Under the pieces are notes generated by a model, which was given only the letters and a program-made list of their open reading frames with translations, ran no database searches and had not been told where the DNA came from. A DNA stretch of 57,909 nt, filler included, from Basidioascus undulatus (taxonomy: Eukaryota), in the NCBI GenBank assembly GCA_000826855.1. It is 3 parts of 3 records of this genome, joined end to end, with 100 filler letters (N's around TTAATTAATTAA, not from the genome) between each part and the next. Parts side by side here need not be neighbours in the genome. Positions count along the whole stretch, not along the records: positions 19,360 to 38,587 come from JTLS01000428.1; positions 38,688 to 57,909 come from JTLS01000429.1; 1 more part is not named here. One strand, 5' to 3'. Made by a program: the position numbers and the translations under genes. Numbering within the stretch: the first letter of the stretch is position 1; every line of letters begins with the position of its first letter. Below are positions 36,309 through 49,109 of this stretch, one piece after another.

Positions 36309-38106
36309 GCTGCTGTTATCCTCTGCATTCCATTGGGTACATGATGCTTGAGACATATCTGCCGCCTAAAAAGCGTGCGCTGTCCTTCGCGTGCTGGAGC
36401 GGTGACGAGTGTCACCGACCTGCATGAACACATGCAACCGCCGTATCTTGCTTTAGAGAAGAAATCGGAGAATATGTAGATTCAACACTTTTCACAGCTG
36501 CTGAATTAAACGTGTCAACAGCTGTAAGCTAACTGTACATACGCGTGCAATCGCCCTAATCGCCCATACACGTCCATGAAGCACGATCAACAGCACATGC
36601 ATACAACTGTACAACCCGATACTAAGTTTCGGAGAGGTATAGCAATGTCCCTAGGCAGGAACGCGCATAGGCGGAGGTGACGTTGAATTAGGCCGCATGG
36701 CCCACTGCCCCCGGGGCTGTAACAAAAGAAGAAAATCCCACAAACCTGCACGCTTGACCATGCCACTTACCTATACAATCTGCGGTCCGGATAGATCATT
36801 CTCTGGTGATGTGAGTCAGGGCATTACATTTCGCCAGGCGGAGGACCCGCACAGTGTCCAGTAAGGCCTGTGTATGTTTTTCGAGCATTTCCCACACCCG
36901 GTTTCTCAAATTTGAACTTAAATGATTAGAGCTGTGTCAATTCCCGCTGAAGAGCGCAAGCCAGGCGGACGACCGCAGCGAGGCATCGAAGGACCATCAG
37001 CCGTCGGCAGCGGTGCGGCGATGTTTGCCCATGGACACCGGCATGGGCTCTACAGCCAAGATCCAAAAGTCAAGGATTCTTCTGTGTAAACTCAAGAGAA
37101 AAATATCCCGCATTTTGCGACGGATCCAGGCACGCACGCAGTTTCTGCCCTCATCAGCGCAGCCGTACCTACCGGTAAAGCGGCAGCAAACACGGCTGAC
37201 CTGTCTCCCAGACCCGGAGAGAAGGACAGTGGAATCACCCAATCCTCCATTCAGAACTCCATAGAATCTACAGCTTTGTACGAAAGCCTCATGAAGCGTA
37301 TCAAGGAGGCTCAACGACTCCGAGATGGCGCAGGGGTGCAACTGGCAGCTGGCAACTTCCAACAGTTTCCAGTCTTCTAGGGGAAGTACTTGAGCTGCAG
37401 GATGGAAGACCCCACTCCTAAAGTGCCACCATCCTCGAAAGATAAGGCGCACCTTTGATGAAGGATTCCCAAAAGCTGCCGGTGAGCTTGTCAAGGAACG
37501 TATCGTGTCGGCGTCCACTTTGGTCTGCACAAGTTTCATTTATACCGGCCTCATTAATTTACCGTGGGAAGGTGCATATGGGTGGACCATAGAATGGGTA
37601 GCTTGGTAGGAAGGCAGGCAACGTGAAGACGGCCCGCAAGGTCGGCAGCATGGGTGCCGACTGTAGGAGCGCTGTGACGCTCGCGCATACCAAACCGCAC
37701 CGGCTTTCAAATCAGAGCTTTCCCAATTACTTATTAATCTTCCATTACATAATGAGTAGGGAGTGCTCTCGCGGTGGAACAGAGAACAAAGGCGAGAGGT
37801 ATCGTCTGCGGATGAGGCGGGGTAGACGAACTGCCGACGGACAGCCAGAATGAGCTAGATATTGCATTTTATATGCAGGACCTGCGCGGGTGTAACCTTC
37901 CAAGCCGAACGTGAGGGAGGCGCGAGAGCGGCGAGGGGGCGGCAGCGGCAGAAGGTGAACGGGATGGGCGCACACACCAGAAACTCCCGCTGGCGAAGCG
38001 AACCGCTGACCTGCAGCCACGCACATGCTGCGAAACCGAAAGGTACTAAACAACAAAGACCCTAATGTACAAGTCACTCGCGATCCCGAAACGCCCTCCA
38101 CATCCG

Positions 38107-38510
38107 CTAGGGCCTCCCCTCCGCGCCCTCGCCCTTCTCCTCCAGCACCGTGCCCAGCCCCAGAGCCTTCACCCCTCCCACACCCACACCCACACCCACA
38201 CCCTTTCCCATGCCCCCTCCGCTCACGCCCTCCAGCCCCAGTGCGCTCCCGCCGCCTCCGCCTAGCTCCTCGCCCGCCTCGCGCGGCATGCGGACCATCC
38301 ACCACTCCCTATAAGCGAGTACCTCGCGCGTCTCCCCGCGCGCTAATGTAAGCGCGCCGAGCGCGAGCGCGCACAGGGGCAGGGCGAGGAAGAAATCTGC
38401 CTCTGCCGCGAGCGCGGGGTGTGGGGCGAGGTCGATCCCGGCTTTGGAGGTGAGGAGTGGGGTGAGGGAGTACGCCAGGAAGGCGGAGAGGAGGGGGATG
38501 GCGTAGTATG
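38107..38510 (-). CDS. Terminal exon of a membrane protein cut by the contig edge; weak resemblance to a signal peptide peptidase C-terminus
   Basis: CTAAACCAG acceptor, then YYAIPLLSAFLAYSLT..HPAL..LALPLCALALGALTLARGETREVLAYRE..GVGVGVGV..*. Confidence 0.5.
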
Positions 38511-38587
38511 CTGGTTTAGGGGGGACGGACGGGGCGAGGGGAGGCCAAAGGGAAGGGGAAGGAGGAGGAAGGAAAGGAGAGGGAAGA

Positions 38588-38687
38588 NNNNNNNNNNNNN
38601 NNNNNNNNNNNNNNNNNNNNNNNNNNNNNNNTTAATTAATTAANNNNNNNNNNNNNNNNNNNNNNNNNNNNNNNNNNNNNNNNNNNN
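38588..38687. other. Artificial contig-join spacer
   Basis: N run with central TTAATTAATTAA. Confidence 0.97.
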
Positions 38688-38969
38688 ATGGTATGGAATC
38701 GTAACCAAGATGGAAAACGTCTTTGTGCCACCTGCAATTCATATTCGGCACTCCACAACAAATGCCGCCCTGGCAGACGGCATGGCCACCTCATTTTCCA
38801 CGGATGGTTCGACTCCCGAACGCAGAAGAGTGAATGGCGCGGCCAGGATTACAGCATCCGTAGGGGCGACATCGTCGAGTTTCTACAGGTGGAAATCTCG
38901 CTCGATGAGGCTTTCCCGAATGGGAGTTGTTACAGAGGCCAGACGATTTTAGGCAAGCCGAATCAGTGA
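38688..38969 (+). CDS. 3' part of a protein with a divergent GATA-like zinc finger (cut by the contig edge)
   Basis: WNRNQDGKRLCATCNSYSALHNKCRP aligns with the GATA C-half WRRxxxGxxLCNACGLYxKLHxxxRP. Confidence 0.6.
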   Translation: MVWNRNQDGKRLCATCNSYSALHNKCRPGRRHGHLIFHGWFDSRTQKSEWRGQDYSIRRGDIVEFLQVEISLDEAFPNGSCYRGQTILGKPNQ

Positions 38970-40273
38970 GCCATTCTCGTCTTCTATCATCATATTCCGT
39001 CTCCCCTGTTTCCTGCGTTCCCCGAAACCTCCCATGTTAATGGGGATTTATGGGAACGTTAACCGTTAAACGTGATAACTGACATGTTTATTGGCTGGCG
39101 AGAAACAGCACGGCACTCATAGTATTTCCTTTTGCCACAACCTAAAGCTTATCTTCAAAATGAGAGTACCTTGAGAGCTGGTCGTACGTTTTACCTGCGG
39201 CACCTGATAAGGGTACAGCTGCCGCTGCCACCCTATCAATCGTGATACCATGCGATCTTGTGAATCAAGCTGAGCCACGCACAGGTCGATATGCGTTTCA
39301 CCGCCAACTGTAGGGCGTGTTCTTGCCGGTCCTCCCTCACGCTTTCACCAGCTTCGGATGGCTCACTTTTATCAGAGTAGATTCATATGAAATCATATCA
39401 TGAGGCTCTGTGTAAACATGTCTCACAACCTAGGTACTCATACGTGCCTGCGGGTCATAATGAAGGACAGCCGGATGAACGGCGGAGACGCGAGGGCATG
39501 TAGCGCTCGAAGGAAATGCGGACAAGGTGATAAGCATGTAGCCGTGCGAACAGCTTTGAAAAGATTGACGAGCGGCGGCTTGGATAGGTGTCAGAGCACA
39601 ACAACCGATGGAGGCTGTACGAAGCGGTCAGCGCGACGGCACTGATTGGGAAGACTCGCGGTTTGACGTGGGAAAAATGGTGAGCGGGGTAAGATTGTGA
39701 GACGTGAGGCGGGAGGGTCAAAGTCGAACGCGAAACGTCAGGCGGGCTGGCGCGGACGGAGAAGATGAGTGAGGTACGCGGGTGGGCCTGTGAGTCGAAC
39801 TGCAGCCGCGCCGTTCGGTATAGAAATAACGCACGACATTGTCGTGATGGCTGATCACACGAGGTGAGCAGAGGATTGAGGAGCAGAGGGTGGGTTTGGA
39901 GTTGTTGCGAAAGGAACGGCTGGGTGTGTTCGATGAGCGAACGATCGAGGTGCGTCTTTAGCGTGGTATGATACGAGAGAAGGCGGGCGACATGAGGATG
40001 GGCGAGCGAGATCAGTCAGAGCGGCGCGAGTGAATCGAGAGTCGAAAGCCGGAGCGTCAACGCCAGCGCAATGGCACGGTGCGCCCCACGCAGTGAGCAA
40101 AGCAGTAGAAATTTATTGTCCGAGCGGCCCGACGCCCCTGAGAAGTAGAAAACAGCGACAAAAAGCAGAATATACCGTTCCCTCATCGTTCCTCGCGAGG
40201 CTCACGCCCGTGCGTGCCCCTTCGAACTTCGCCCTCCATCCGAGTGCCGCCTTCCGTCGCGGACTACCGACAT

Positions 40274-40948
40274 CTACTGATGCTCCTGCGACTCCTCAAT
40301 CGCGCGGCGCGAGCGTGCAATGGTCCGGATGATGCGGGCCCTGATGTTGGGGACCCGGGTGGCCGGCGCGCCGCCGTCCTGCGCAGGCAACTCCTTCATT
40401 TCGAAATCGGCTTCGATGTAGACGACGGAGCTGCGGGGGTACATGGGCGTCAGACAAGCTGGCTTAACCGTGTCTTTCGGAATGGGTGAGGCAGGATTGC
40501 GCACCCCTTCTCGAGGCGCTTGACCTGCTCGACCGCGTTTGGTTGGAAGACGACGATGTTGTGCCAGTGGGTGATGGGCTCCGGGAAGGCTAGCGGACGA
40601 CCACGTTATCATGAGCATGTCGCTTCGGTCAAAAACATGAAGGAAAGCAACGCACTGCCGTCCTCGTTCCGCTGTCCCAGGGTGTCGGTCGCGACGCCGA
40701 ACCTGGGGGGAAGAACGCGCACGAGAGCGCGTAAGTATCGGAGACGATGGTGAGGAGACAGGGGAAGAGGGAGATTGCTGCACGCACCTTGCGTACTCCT
40801 TGCCGTTCTTGTCAGCCTTGATCTCGGGCTGGGCAACGCGTCCGATGAGGGTGAGCTTGGCCATGGTCGCCAACGAGCGCGACACGTGCGCGTGCGCGTG
40901 TGCGGCGCGGGCGACGGGGGCGGAACGGAGGGCGAGGCGGGAGAGCAT
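40274..40948 (-). CDS. RIM1: Mitochondrial single-stranded DNA-binding protein
   Basis: Arg/Ala/Ser-rich presequence, AKLTLIGRV, KNGKEYAR|FGVAT, THWHNIVVF, LEKG|SVVYIEADFEM. Confidence 0.88.
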   Translation of the reverse strand: MLSRLALRSAPVARAAHAHAHVSRSLATMAKLTLIGRVAQPEIKADKNGKEYARCVQQSPSSPVSSPSSPILTRSRARSSPQVRRRDRHPGTAERGRQCVAFLHVFDRSDMLMITWSSASLPGAHHPLAQHRRLPTKRGRAGQAPREGVRNPASPIPKDTVKPACLTPMYPRSSVVYIEADFEMKELPAQDGGAPATRVPNIRARIIRTIARSRRAIEESQEHQ

Positions 40949-41252
40949 CGTATGGAGTGTATATGCTGTGGTTGGGGTGGAGATGGTGGTGGTTTGAGGA
41001 AGAGAATGGGCTTCGGAAGGGGGCGAGGGCGAGGGTAAGCGCAGATGCTGGCGGGGTAAGTGCCGCGCGTTTGAAGCCGCGTTCGGCAGGTCGTGCTTGC
41101 TTCCCTTTCAACGACCATCATCTCCCTTGTCTCTTGCCTTTCTTGCTCCCGATTTCCTTTTCCATCAGTCCCCACCGGCTTTTTGTACTTGAGCAGCAGC
41201 TGCGGCCACTGTCAGAGGGCGTCGCACCCAGCGTCTGAGTCCACTCGCCACA

Positions 41253-43682
41253 ATGGTCCGCCTCCCTTTCCTCACCGCCCTTTCACACCCAATCCCCCGG
41301 CTGCTGACGCCAAACGTCGGTCTCCTAACAGTCTCTTGCCCAAGAACTCCTCGACGACCTGGACGGCCTCGGCGGCGGGTCGGACGTCTCGCGGTCCCCG
41401 TCCCCCGAGCTCGAAGTATCCGCCGACCATGCTGCCCTCGCCCAAGCGCTCAACGCCAACGGCAAGCGGCCCGCAGCCGATGGGGAGGAAGGGGGCGAGG
41501 GAATGCCCATGGACGAGGATGAATGCGACGACGAGCCGCGCGACCCGAACCAGATCCAGCTCGCGCCCGGCGAGATCTACGTGCCTGAGGGCGGCGTCCG
41601 CCCCGCTGAGGAACTCGACGCTGAGGACGTGCAAAAGATGGAGCTGGGTGCAGTGACGGATGTGCGGAAGGTTGCGAGGTTGTGGGGGAGCAGGCGGATG
41701 AAGGAGATCATGCAGGTGAGCCTTGGTTCGGTTGTGGTTCCGCGCTGTTGGGAGGAACTGAACATGGGATCTGACGGATCTGAGATGGTGTCGGTGGCGG
41801 GCGGTAGGACATCGAAAGGTTCATGGAGAATCCGGCGCTCGTCAAGGGCGCGGAGATTGAGGGCAACCCCGAGTATGACGTGATCGTGCGTGCGAACAAC
41901 CTCGCGGTAGACGTAGACAACGAGATTCTCGTCGTCCAGAAGGTGGGTCACTTTCGCATGTCCCTATTCCTCTCTTCCCACACTTCGTTCATCCTCTCCT
42001 CTCTTTCGCCCCGTAGTTCATTCGCGACCACTATGCAGTCAAGTTCCCCGAGCTCGAGACGCTCGTGCCCGACCCGCTCCAGTACGTCGCTGCCGTGAAG
42101 GCGATCGGCAACGCCGAGGACGTGACGAAGGTGCACTTCGGCTCGGTCATCAACCCGGCGACGGTCATGGTCGTCCGCGTCACGGCAACCACGAGCCAAG
42201 GGCGGATGCTCTCGGAGCAAGCGTGGAAGCGCGTCGAGGAGGCGTGCGCGATGGGCGAGCAGCTGGACGAGGCGAAGAAGACGGTGCGCATTCAAAGCTC
42301 TTATGACTTGCTCTGATTTGGTTGGCCAAGCTGACAGTGTTTGGATGGTTGTTTAATAGATCTTCGACTATGTCCAGAGCAGGATGAGCATCCTCGCGCC
42401 CAACGTGTCCGCCATCATCGGCACGACCATCGCGGCCAAGCTCGTCGGTGTCGCAGGTGGGCTGGCCGCGCTCGCTCGAATGCCTTCCTGCAACGTCTAC
42501 GTTTGTCCCCCCCCCCCTTCCTTCTACCCTCTGCGTTCTCCGTGCTGACGCTCACTTTCGCCCCCACGCAGCTCCTCGGCGCCCTCAAAAAGACGCCCAC
42601 CGGCCAGTCCGCCGCGTCCCTGCAGCGGCACACCGGCTTCGTCTTTCAGTCGCAGCTCGTGCAGGAGACGTCGCCCGAGTACCGGATGAAGGCGCAGCGG
42701 CATATCTCGGCCAAGCTCGTGCTCGCCGCGCGCGTCGACACAGAGGGCGGCAGCCGCGACGGCTTCTACGGCGAGACGCTCAAGGTCAAGATCGACAAGC
42801 ACATCAAGCGTCTCGAGGAGCCGCCTCCGAGCAAGATCATCAAGGCTCTGCCCGTCCCGAGCGATGGGCCGAAGAAGAGGCGCGGTGGTAAACGGTGCGT
42901 TTCGCTTGCTCTTTCCCTTCTCACACCCCGCCTTTTCCCCTTCTTTTCATTTGAAGGGGCTTTGACTGATTTGGTGCGATGGTGCGCCGTGCAATGCAGG
43001 GCCCGCAAGGCGAAGGAGGCGTATCAGATGACGGAGCTGCGCAAGCTCCAGAACCGGATGGCATTCGGACAGGCCGAGGAGGAGACGGGAGCGTTCGGCG
43101 GCGAGACGCGTGGGCTGGGCATGATCGGGCAGGCGTCTGGGAAGCTCCGGGCAAGCGCGGCGGACGCGAAGAGCAGAGGTGCGTTTTCCTATCGTCCTTT
43201 CTGTTGCGGTCGAGAGTCGGATGTTGATTCTGGTGTCTGTATGGGGATCACTAGCCAAAATGTCGAAAGCCAATAAGCTCCGGACTCAGCTCCTCGGCGG
43301 CGGCGGGCCGCGCGCGTCGGGCTCCGCAACGAGCGGGACGGCCAGTTCGCTTTCGTTCACTCCTGTGCAGGGTGCGTAGTCTCTTCCGTTCTTCTGAAGC
43401 TCATAGAATGGATGCTGATGAGAGCGTCGCTGCGGGGCATACGCACAGGCATCGAGCTCGCTGCGCCTAGTGCCGCGCAAGAAGCCGCCCTCCGCGCCGC
43501 AAACGAGAAGTGGTTCGCGAAGGGCGCGTTCAGCCATATCCCATCTGTACGTCTAGCGTGAGGGAGGAAGCGGAGTAGAAGCCAGAAGAAGAGTGTTCAT
43601 GTGTGCGGTTGGTGGGCAATTGCAGCAAGGGACGCCTCTGCCGGGTGCGCAGACGGGGAAGGGGAAGGAGAAGGCGGGCTGA
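41253..43682 (+). CDS. PRP31: U4/U6 snRNP protein Prp31
   Basis: [106 protein letters not shown]. Confidence 0.96.
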
Positions 43683-44127
43683 AGGGTAGAGCGTTGAGGA
43701 TGAAGTATGGGAAGAGATGGAGGCTCGTAGGAGCAGGTTTCAGGTAGGAGGGTTGGACATGATTTACTTGTGCGTGAGCTATTGAAGTCTTGGGGTTCGT
43801 TTGAGGGGGTGTTTGGATAACTGAAGTGTGCATTGCACACTTGTTTTCGTGGTGTGCGGGTGTTCGAATCCGTGCCTTCGGCTCTCTTCCCCTGCTCCTC
43901 GGGCATCGACGGCAGCCCGGTGCACTTAAAACTCCGAAATTTAAAAGAAGCTCAGGGGCTGTGCCGACTGCGGGCTTTCGTGCATGAAGCGCATAAATAC
44001 CGCCCTTCTGCAGAGCAACCTTCACTTTCTCCCCGGTCAAATGGTCCCTTCTTAGGCCGCTGGATTGATCCTTTACACTCGCCTCTAATTGACCACGTTG
44101 GATCACGTATTAACCGCTCTATCGCAC

Positions 44128-46043
44128 ATGGCGTCGCTTAACGAGCCTACTGGCGACTCAGGGCCCTTTCGCATCCTCATCGTCGGTCTGGGTCCAGCTG
44201 GACTCGCGTAGGCACCCTCTTCTAATCACACTCTTTGAAAACTTCGAACATAGTACTGACAGGCAGGACTTCAGCCTCGCCCTCGCCCTTCTCTGGCACC
44301 CGCACTCCACCCGCCCGCTCCACCTCACCCTCGTCGACGCGCACCCCTCACCCATCCTACCCTCTTCGCCGCCCGTCGGCGCAGGTTTTGCTCTCTCGCC
44401 CAACGGCCTCCGCGCGCTCTCGCAGCTTAGTCCCAAGCTCGTACAAGACGTCCTTGCGCGCGCGCAGCGCGTAAGCAGCATCTCGCAGCACGACGCCCGC
44501 GCCGGCGGGTTCACCATCGCGCAGAACGACGTCCCGCCGAAGTCGTTTGGGTTCTGCACTGCTGCGCTGGAGAGGCAGGAGCTTGTGCGGGCGCTGCTGG
44601 ATGCCCTGGCTGAGAAGGGCGGGGAGGTGCACGTGGGGTGGGGGACGAAGTTTGCGGGGGCTAGGGAGGTGGACGGGAAGAAAATTCGGGTGGTGCTGAA
44701 GAGCGCGGAGGGGACTGAAGAGGGGAAAGAGGAAGAGGTGGAAGTGGACCTTCTCGTGGGCGCGGACGGCGTGCGCAGCAGGGTGCGCGAGTTCGTACTC
44801 GGCGGAGGCCCGGGCGCGGTGGGCTCCGACTGCCCGCCGCTGTTCAGCGGATACGAGTGCATATACGGCGTGTCGGGCCCCATCGACGGGCTGGGCGACG
44901 AACATACGGGAAGTGCGCACTGGATCGTGGATCCTTCGGGCGTGGTGCGTTCGACCTCTTGCTGTCCGTCCCGCAGGAGTCATGCACGGCTGACGCTCCC
45001 TTCCAATCGCCGCTTCCAGGGAGGCTACGGCACATGGGGTACGCTGGAGTCCATCCATCCCATACGTGACCTGGTCAAATCCGTCCAAATGCTGACTGTC
45101 TTTCGTCCGAGGTAGACCTGCCAGACTGCAAGCAGGTGGGTGCCCTGCGCACGAACACATTCACTGTCGAGTTTCAAGCCCTAACAGAACCTCCTCATTC
45201 CCTCTCAGTTCTGGTACACCATTTCTGCATCTCCTCATCCCCGCGGAACAACTTCCGCTCCGCGCTTCGACGGCGCCTCACTCGACGAGACGCTCGAGAG
45301 GTGCAAGACCTTGTGGCACCCCTTTCCTGGGGGGTTCAAGGCGCTCGTTGACGCGACGGACCCTGCTGTACGTGCTCTGGCGTCCTAATGGACTCTAACA
45401 TTAGGCTTACCGGTGCATGCTTTAGCGTATTACCAAGGCTCCGCTGCTGGCGAGGGTCTACGAGAAGCTGTCGAACGAAAACGGGACGGCAGTGCTCATC
45501 GGCGACGCAGCGCACCCGGTTACTCCCGTGAGTTCTTGTTCTTTGCTGTTTTATTAAAAAGCAACATGAGTAGCATGTCTTGTTCTCAGTTCCTCGGGCA
45601 AGGCGCGAACACTAGCCTTGAAGGTCAGTTTTTAGCCGGTCGACGCCTGCAACCCACAGCCTTTCGCATACTGAGTCCACCGTTTCCAGACGCCATCGTC
45701 CTCGCCAACGCGCTTTTCCCGCCTCCGCCGTCCCCTCCCCGGGGGCTGGAGTGGTACACCGCCCAGCGCGTCCCACGCTTGCAAAGCATCTCCAAGTGCG
45801 CACGTTCGAGTCATCTTTTCTCTGAACGCAATACTAACGCAGTCGAACGACACCCCACTGAACGACTTCATCGGAAAGATGCACGTCGGCGAGACTACGC
45901 TGTGGCGGTTCGCGCGCTGGTCCTCGTCAAAGCTGATGAGCTTCGTTCCGAAGAGCAAGCTCAGCTTGGAGAGAGAGCCGGAGAACGTCAGTGCTGGGCC
46001 TTTCGCTTTCATCCACGCGTTTAAGGTCGACTTGGGGGCGTGA
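44128..46043 (+). CDS. FAD-dependent monooxygenase (group A, salicylate-hydroxylase-like)
   Basis: ILIVGLGPAGL, VGAGFALSPNG, DLLVGADGVRSRVR, VLIGDAAHP, P|FLGQGANTSLE|DA. Confidence 0.9.
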
Positions 46044-46175
46044 GCTTTCTGGTTCTGAGCAGGATGTACTTCATGCACTTTTGAGGTGAGCCCACCATAG
46101 TTTCTACACCTCTGCTTCAAGCTTGAACGCTCGTAAAAATGCGTGCATATTCTAATACAATGTGCGCAAGATGCT

Positions 46176-47736
46176 TTAAGCGACCAACAGCGTGCGGCCC
46201 TCCTTCGAGCTGGCAGCAGCGAGCTCGATGATCTTGATAGTCTGCGCAGCAGACTCAGGCGTGACAGCAAGGGGAGCCTTGCCGGTGATGGCATCGGCTG
46301 GGGGGCCCCTTAGAGTGAGCTCGAGCCGCAATGTAAAAATCAGTGCGAAAAGGGACGCACCAACGTTCCGGTAGAAGTCGAGGTACACGCCAGCCTTGCT
46401 CGTCACCCTGCTCGTCACCTCCTTCCCGTCCTGGAGCGTAGTCAGGAAGCCCCTCGCGTCCTCCGGCTCGACACCGAACCCGTCCGCAGTGGGCGCGATG
46501 CCCTCCTTCGACTGGCCCTCCTGCACGTCGAGGTAGTGCTTCACGAACGACCCCGCTGTGCCCTTGACTATGTAGCGCAAAGGCGGCGTGAGGAGGGACA
46601 GGACCGAGGCGCGCAGGGTAACGGTGAGCGGGAGATTGCGCGAGACGGGGGCGGTCGTAGGCGGGTAGTGGAGATGGACGGTGAACTGCGGGAGAATGGA
46701 GCATGAGTACCGAAGCCACATTAGACAGTGGGCATCCGAGACGGACCGAGTCGTCAACGGACAAGTCGCCTGCTTGCCGGCTGTTCTGGACGAAACCAGT
46801 CACGCTCTGCGGCGAGCCGAAGAGGACGAGAGCTTGGTCGATCAGGTGCGAGCCGCTGCGCACAGGAAACACCATCCCAGTCAGTATGAAACTGCAAGAT
46901 ATCTTAGTTGAATTTGGGACTAACAGGTCATAGAGAACGCCGCGCGCCTCGCCGGCGGACTCGCGCCAGCCACCCTTCGGCACAGGGCGGAATCGGTCGA
47001 AGCTGGAGAGGAACACCAGAGGTGAGCCCTTGGCGTATCAATGTGGCTTTTGGATAATAGGCTTACTGGCTCTCGAACTCGACAACTTCCCCGAGCTTAG
47101 TCCAAAGATGGCAATTAGCGTCTGGGGACTTGAGTGTATGCGTGAGGGAAGACCGTGCTCACCTTGCCCTGCTCAATGAGCTCGCGGACAGTCAGGAAGT
47201 CGCTATCCCACCGACGGTTCTGGTATGTCGCGAGGACGAGGCCCTTATCCTTAGCCAGCGTCGCGAGCTGGAGCGCCTCGGTAGAAGTCGGTGTCAAAGG
47301 CTTCTCAACGACAACTACAGCGAAAGTTGTTATGAGCTAAACATGAGACGCTTGAGAGTGTCCTTTGTGAATGATCGCACCATGCTTGCCCGCATTCAGA
47401 GCCGTCCGGGCCAACGAGAAGTGGCTCTCGTTCGAAGTGGTGATCACGACCTGGAGGGAATGGTCGCGTGAGCTCTCGAGGCACATTCCGCAGCTTGACG
47501 TCAACGCAACGGACCACATCAACTTCCGCGTCCTTCACAACCTCCTCAATGGTGTTTACCACCTTGATACCGCTGCCGTACTTCTCTCGCGCGACGCTCT
47601 TCTCGGGCGTAGCCCGGCGCTCGAGCACGGTGTGTAACTTGAACTGCTCCGGAAGGGCTTGGATAAGAGGTGCGTGGAACACCTGGCAGGACATGCCAGC
47701 GCCAATCACGGCGACATTGAGCGGAATGGAAACCAT
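46176..47736 (-). CDS. Gfo/Idh/MocA family NAD(P)-dependent oxidoreductase
   Basis: VAVIGAGMSCQVFHAP, ALNAGKH|VVVEKP, YQNRRWDSDF, GVLYDL|GSHLIDQ, GSFVK...DVQE. Confidence 0.92.
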
Positions 47737-48249
47737 GGTCAGTGAGCGAGATGGAGAGATGCAAAGGGAACAGAGGGAGAATATGAGAGTGTACGGTCAA
47801 GGCCCGGATAGCCGAGGAGTATACTCAGGGATTGTGGGGAAGTTGCGGGGGAGATGCTGAAGTCATCGGAACCGCGGCGTTCGCTTGCCCAACCATGTTC
47901 AGCTGCCGTGAACAGTCCTGTATGTGCAAACAACGATTTGTATGACTGTCCAGCGCTGGGTGATGCGGCAGTTGACCGCGAAGACGTAGCCACCGTTGGC
48001 ACTCCGGCGTCCGGACTGGCCCCGGCGGGGCGTGGCACACAGTGAGATTCACGGACACCCCCACCTCTGCGACTCCCCCGACTGCAGGTAATGTTGCGTA
48101 GACAATGTCTTTAATTTCCCCTCTGCTTTGTAGGATCTTCTTTTCTGTGGAAAAAGTAACGAAAACCGGTTACAACGGGGTGGCATTGCTCGCCGAGAGC
48201 GCGAGAGCTCTCACACCCGGCCGTACAGTGACCACCTGGCCCATTCATG

Positions 48250-48670
48250 CATGGATGAGCTGGTCATGTTCAGACTGGGTGGTCAAAGATACATTGGACT
48301 TTAATGCAATAGATATAAGCGGCTCGAAGCAAGGCGGGTTCGCCAGCTCTGTCCGTGTCAGACTCAGGCTGGCTTCGTGCTTCGAACAGGAATCTCCATT
48401 ATGGAAAGGCTACCGCTGCCTATCCCTGGTACATCGTCAACATGCCACCTGCGTCGACGGCTAACTTCAATCTTGAATTAAACTTTACCTCGATGATCTA
48501 CATGAGGAGAACCTTTCTTACTCAGCTGATAGCCTAACCATGCTCTCAACCTGCGGGGTACCTTGAGAGGCTTGAGGACATGGAGCCGGACCTCGAGACT
48601 GGGGACTACAGTGAATTCTTCAAACTTGAGATTATTCATAAAGGAAATAACACCTGCCATATCTATTTGT
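48250..48670 (+). pseudogene. C-terminal fragment of a CocE/NonD (PepX_C) hydrolase
   Basis: SGWLRASNRNL..KATAAYPWY and HKGNNTCHIY resemble the recalled GWLRASHR..PYH and NKGxHxIH motifs. In-frame stop present; no catalytic N-terminal domain. Confidence 0.5.
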
Positions 48671-49109
48671 TTCTCTCGATAGTCTCTCCCACAGCGACGT
48701 CTTCCGCGTCCGTCGAACCCAACGCTACTTGTCCGCGTCCTCTGCGACGCATCACAGATTTGGTCTCAGTTCCTGAAGACTGCTGGGCGCCGGGATCCGA
48801 AATGTTTGTGTTGCTTTGTCCTACCTATCGCAACGTTTTACTTACGGCAATATCCCTATTGAAATATTGTCATTGCTGGTTGCTGTTGCCTTGTGTTGCC
48901 GCTCGAAAAGTGGAGGTTTGCTTACCGACGCACTCCCAGGCCTCAGCTCACCGAGCCCAGGTTCGCACGGAACGCTGACTGTTGATGTCGTCGGCCGCCA
49001 TGTGGCCAGGATCTTCTTGATCAACCATATCTTTCGAAGCTCTCGCTTGTCAACAACTTTGTGCTCACCCTCAGCCGGTCATTTCGTGCTCTTTCCCTCA
49101 TCGATCGCC

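Noticed and set aside
36997..37539. 180-aa minus-strand ORF
   Set aside because: No motif or splice support recognised.
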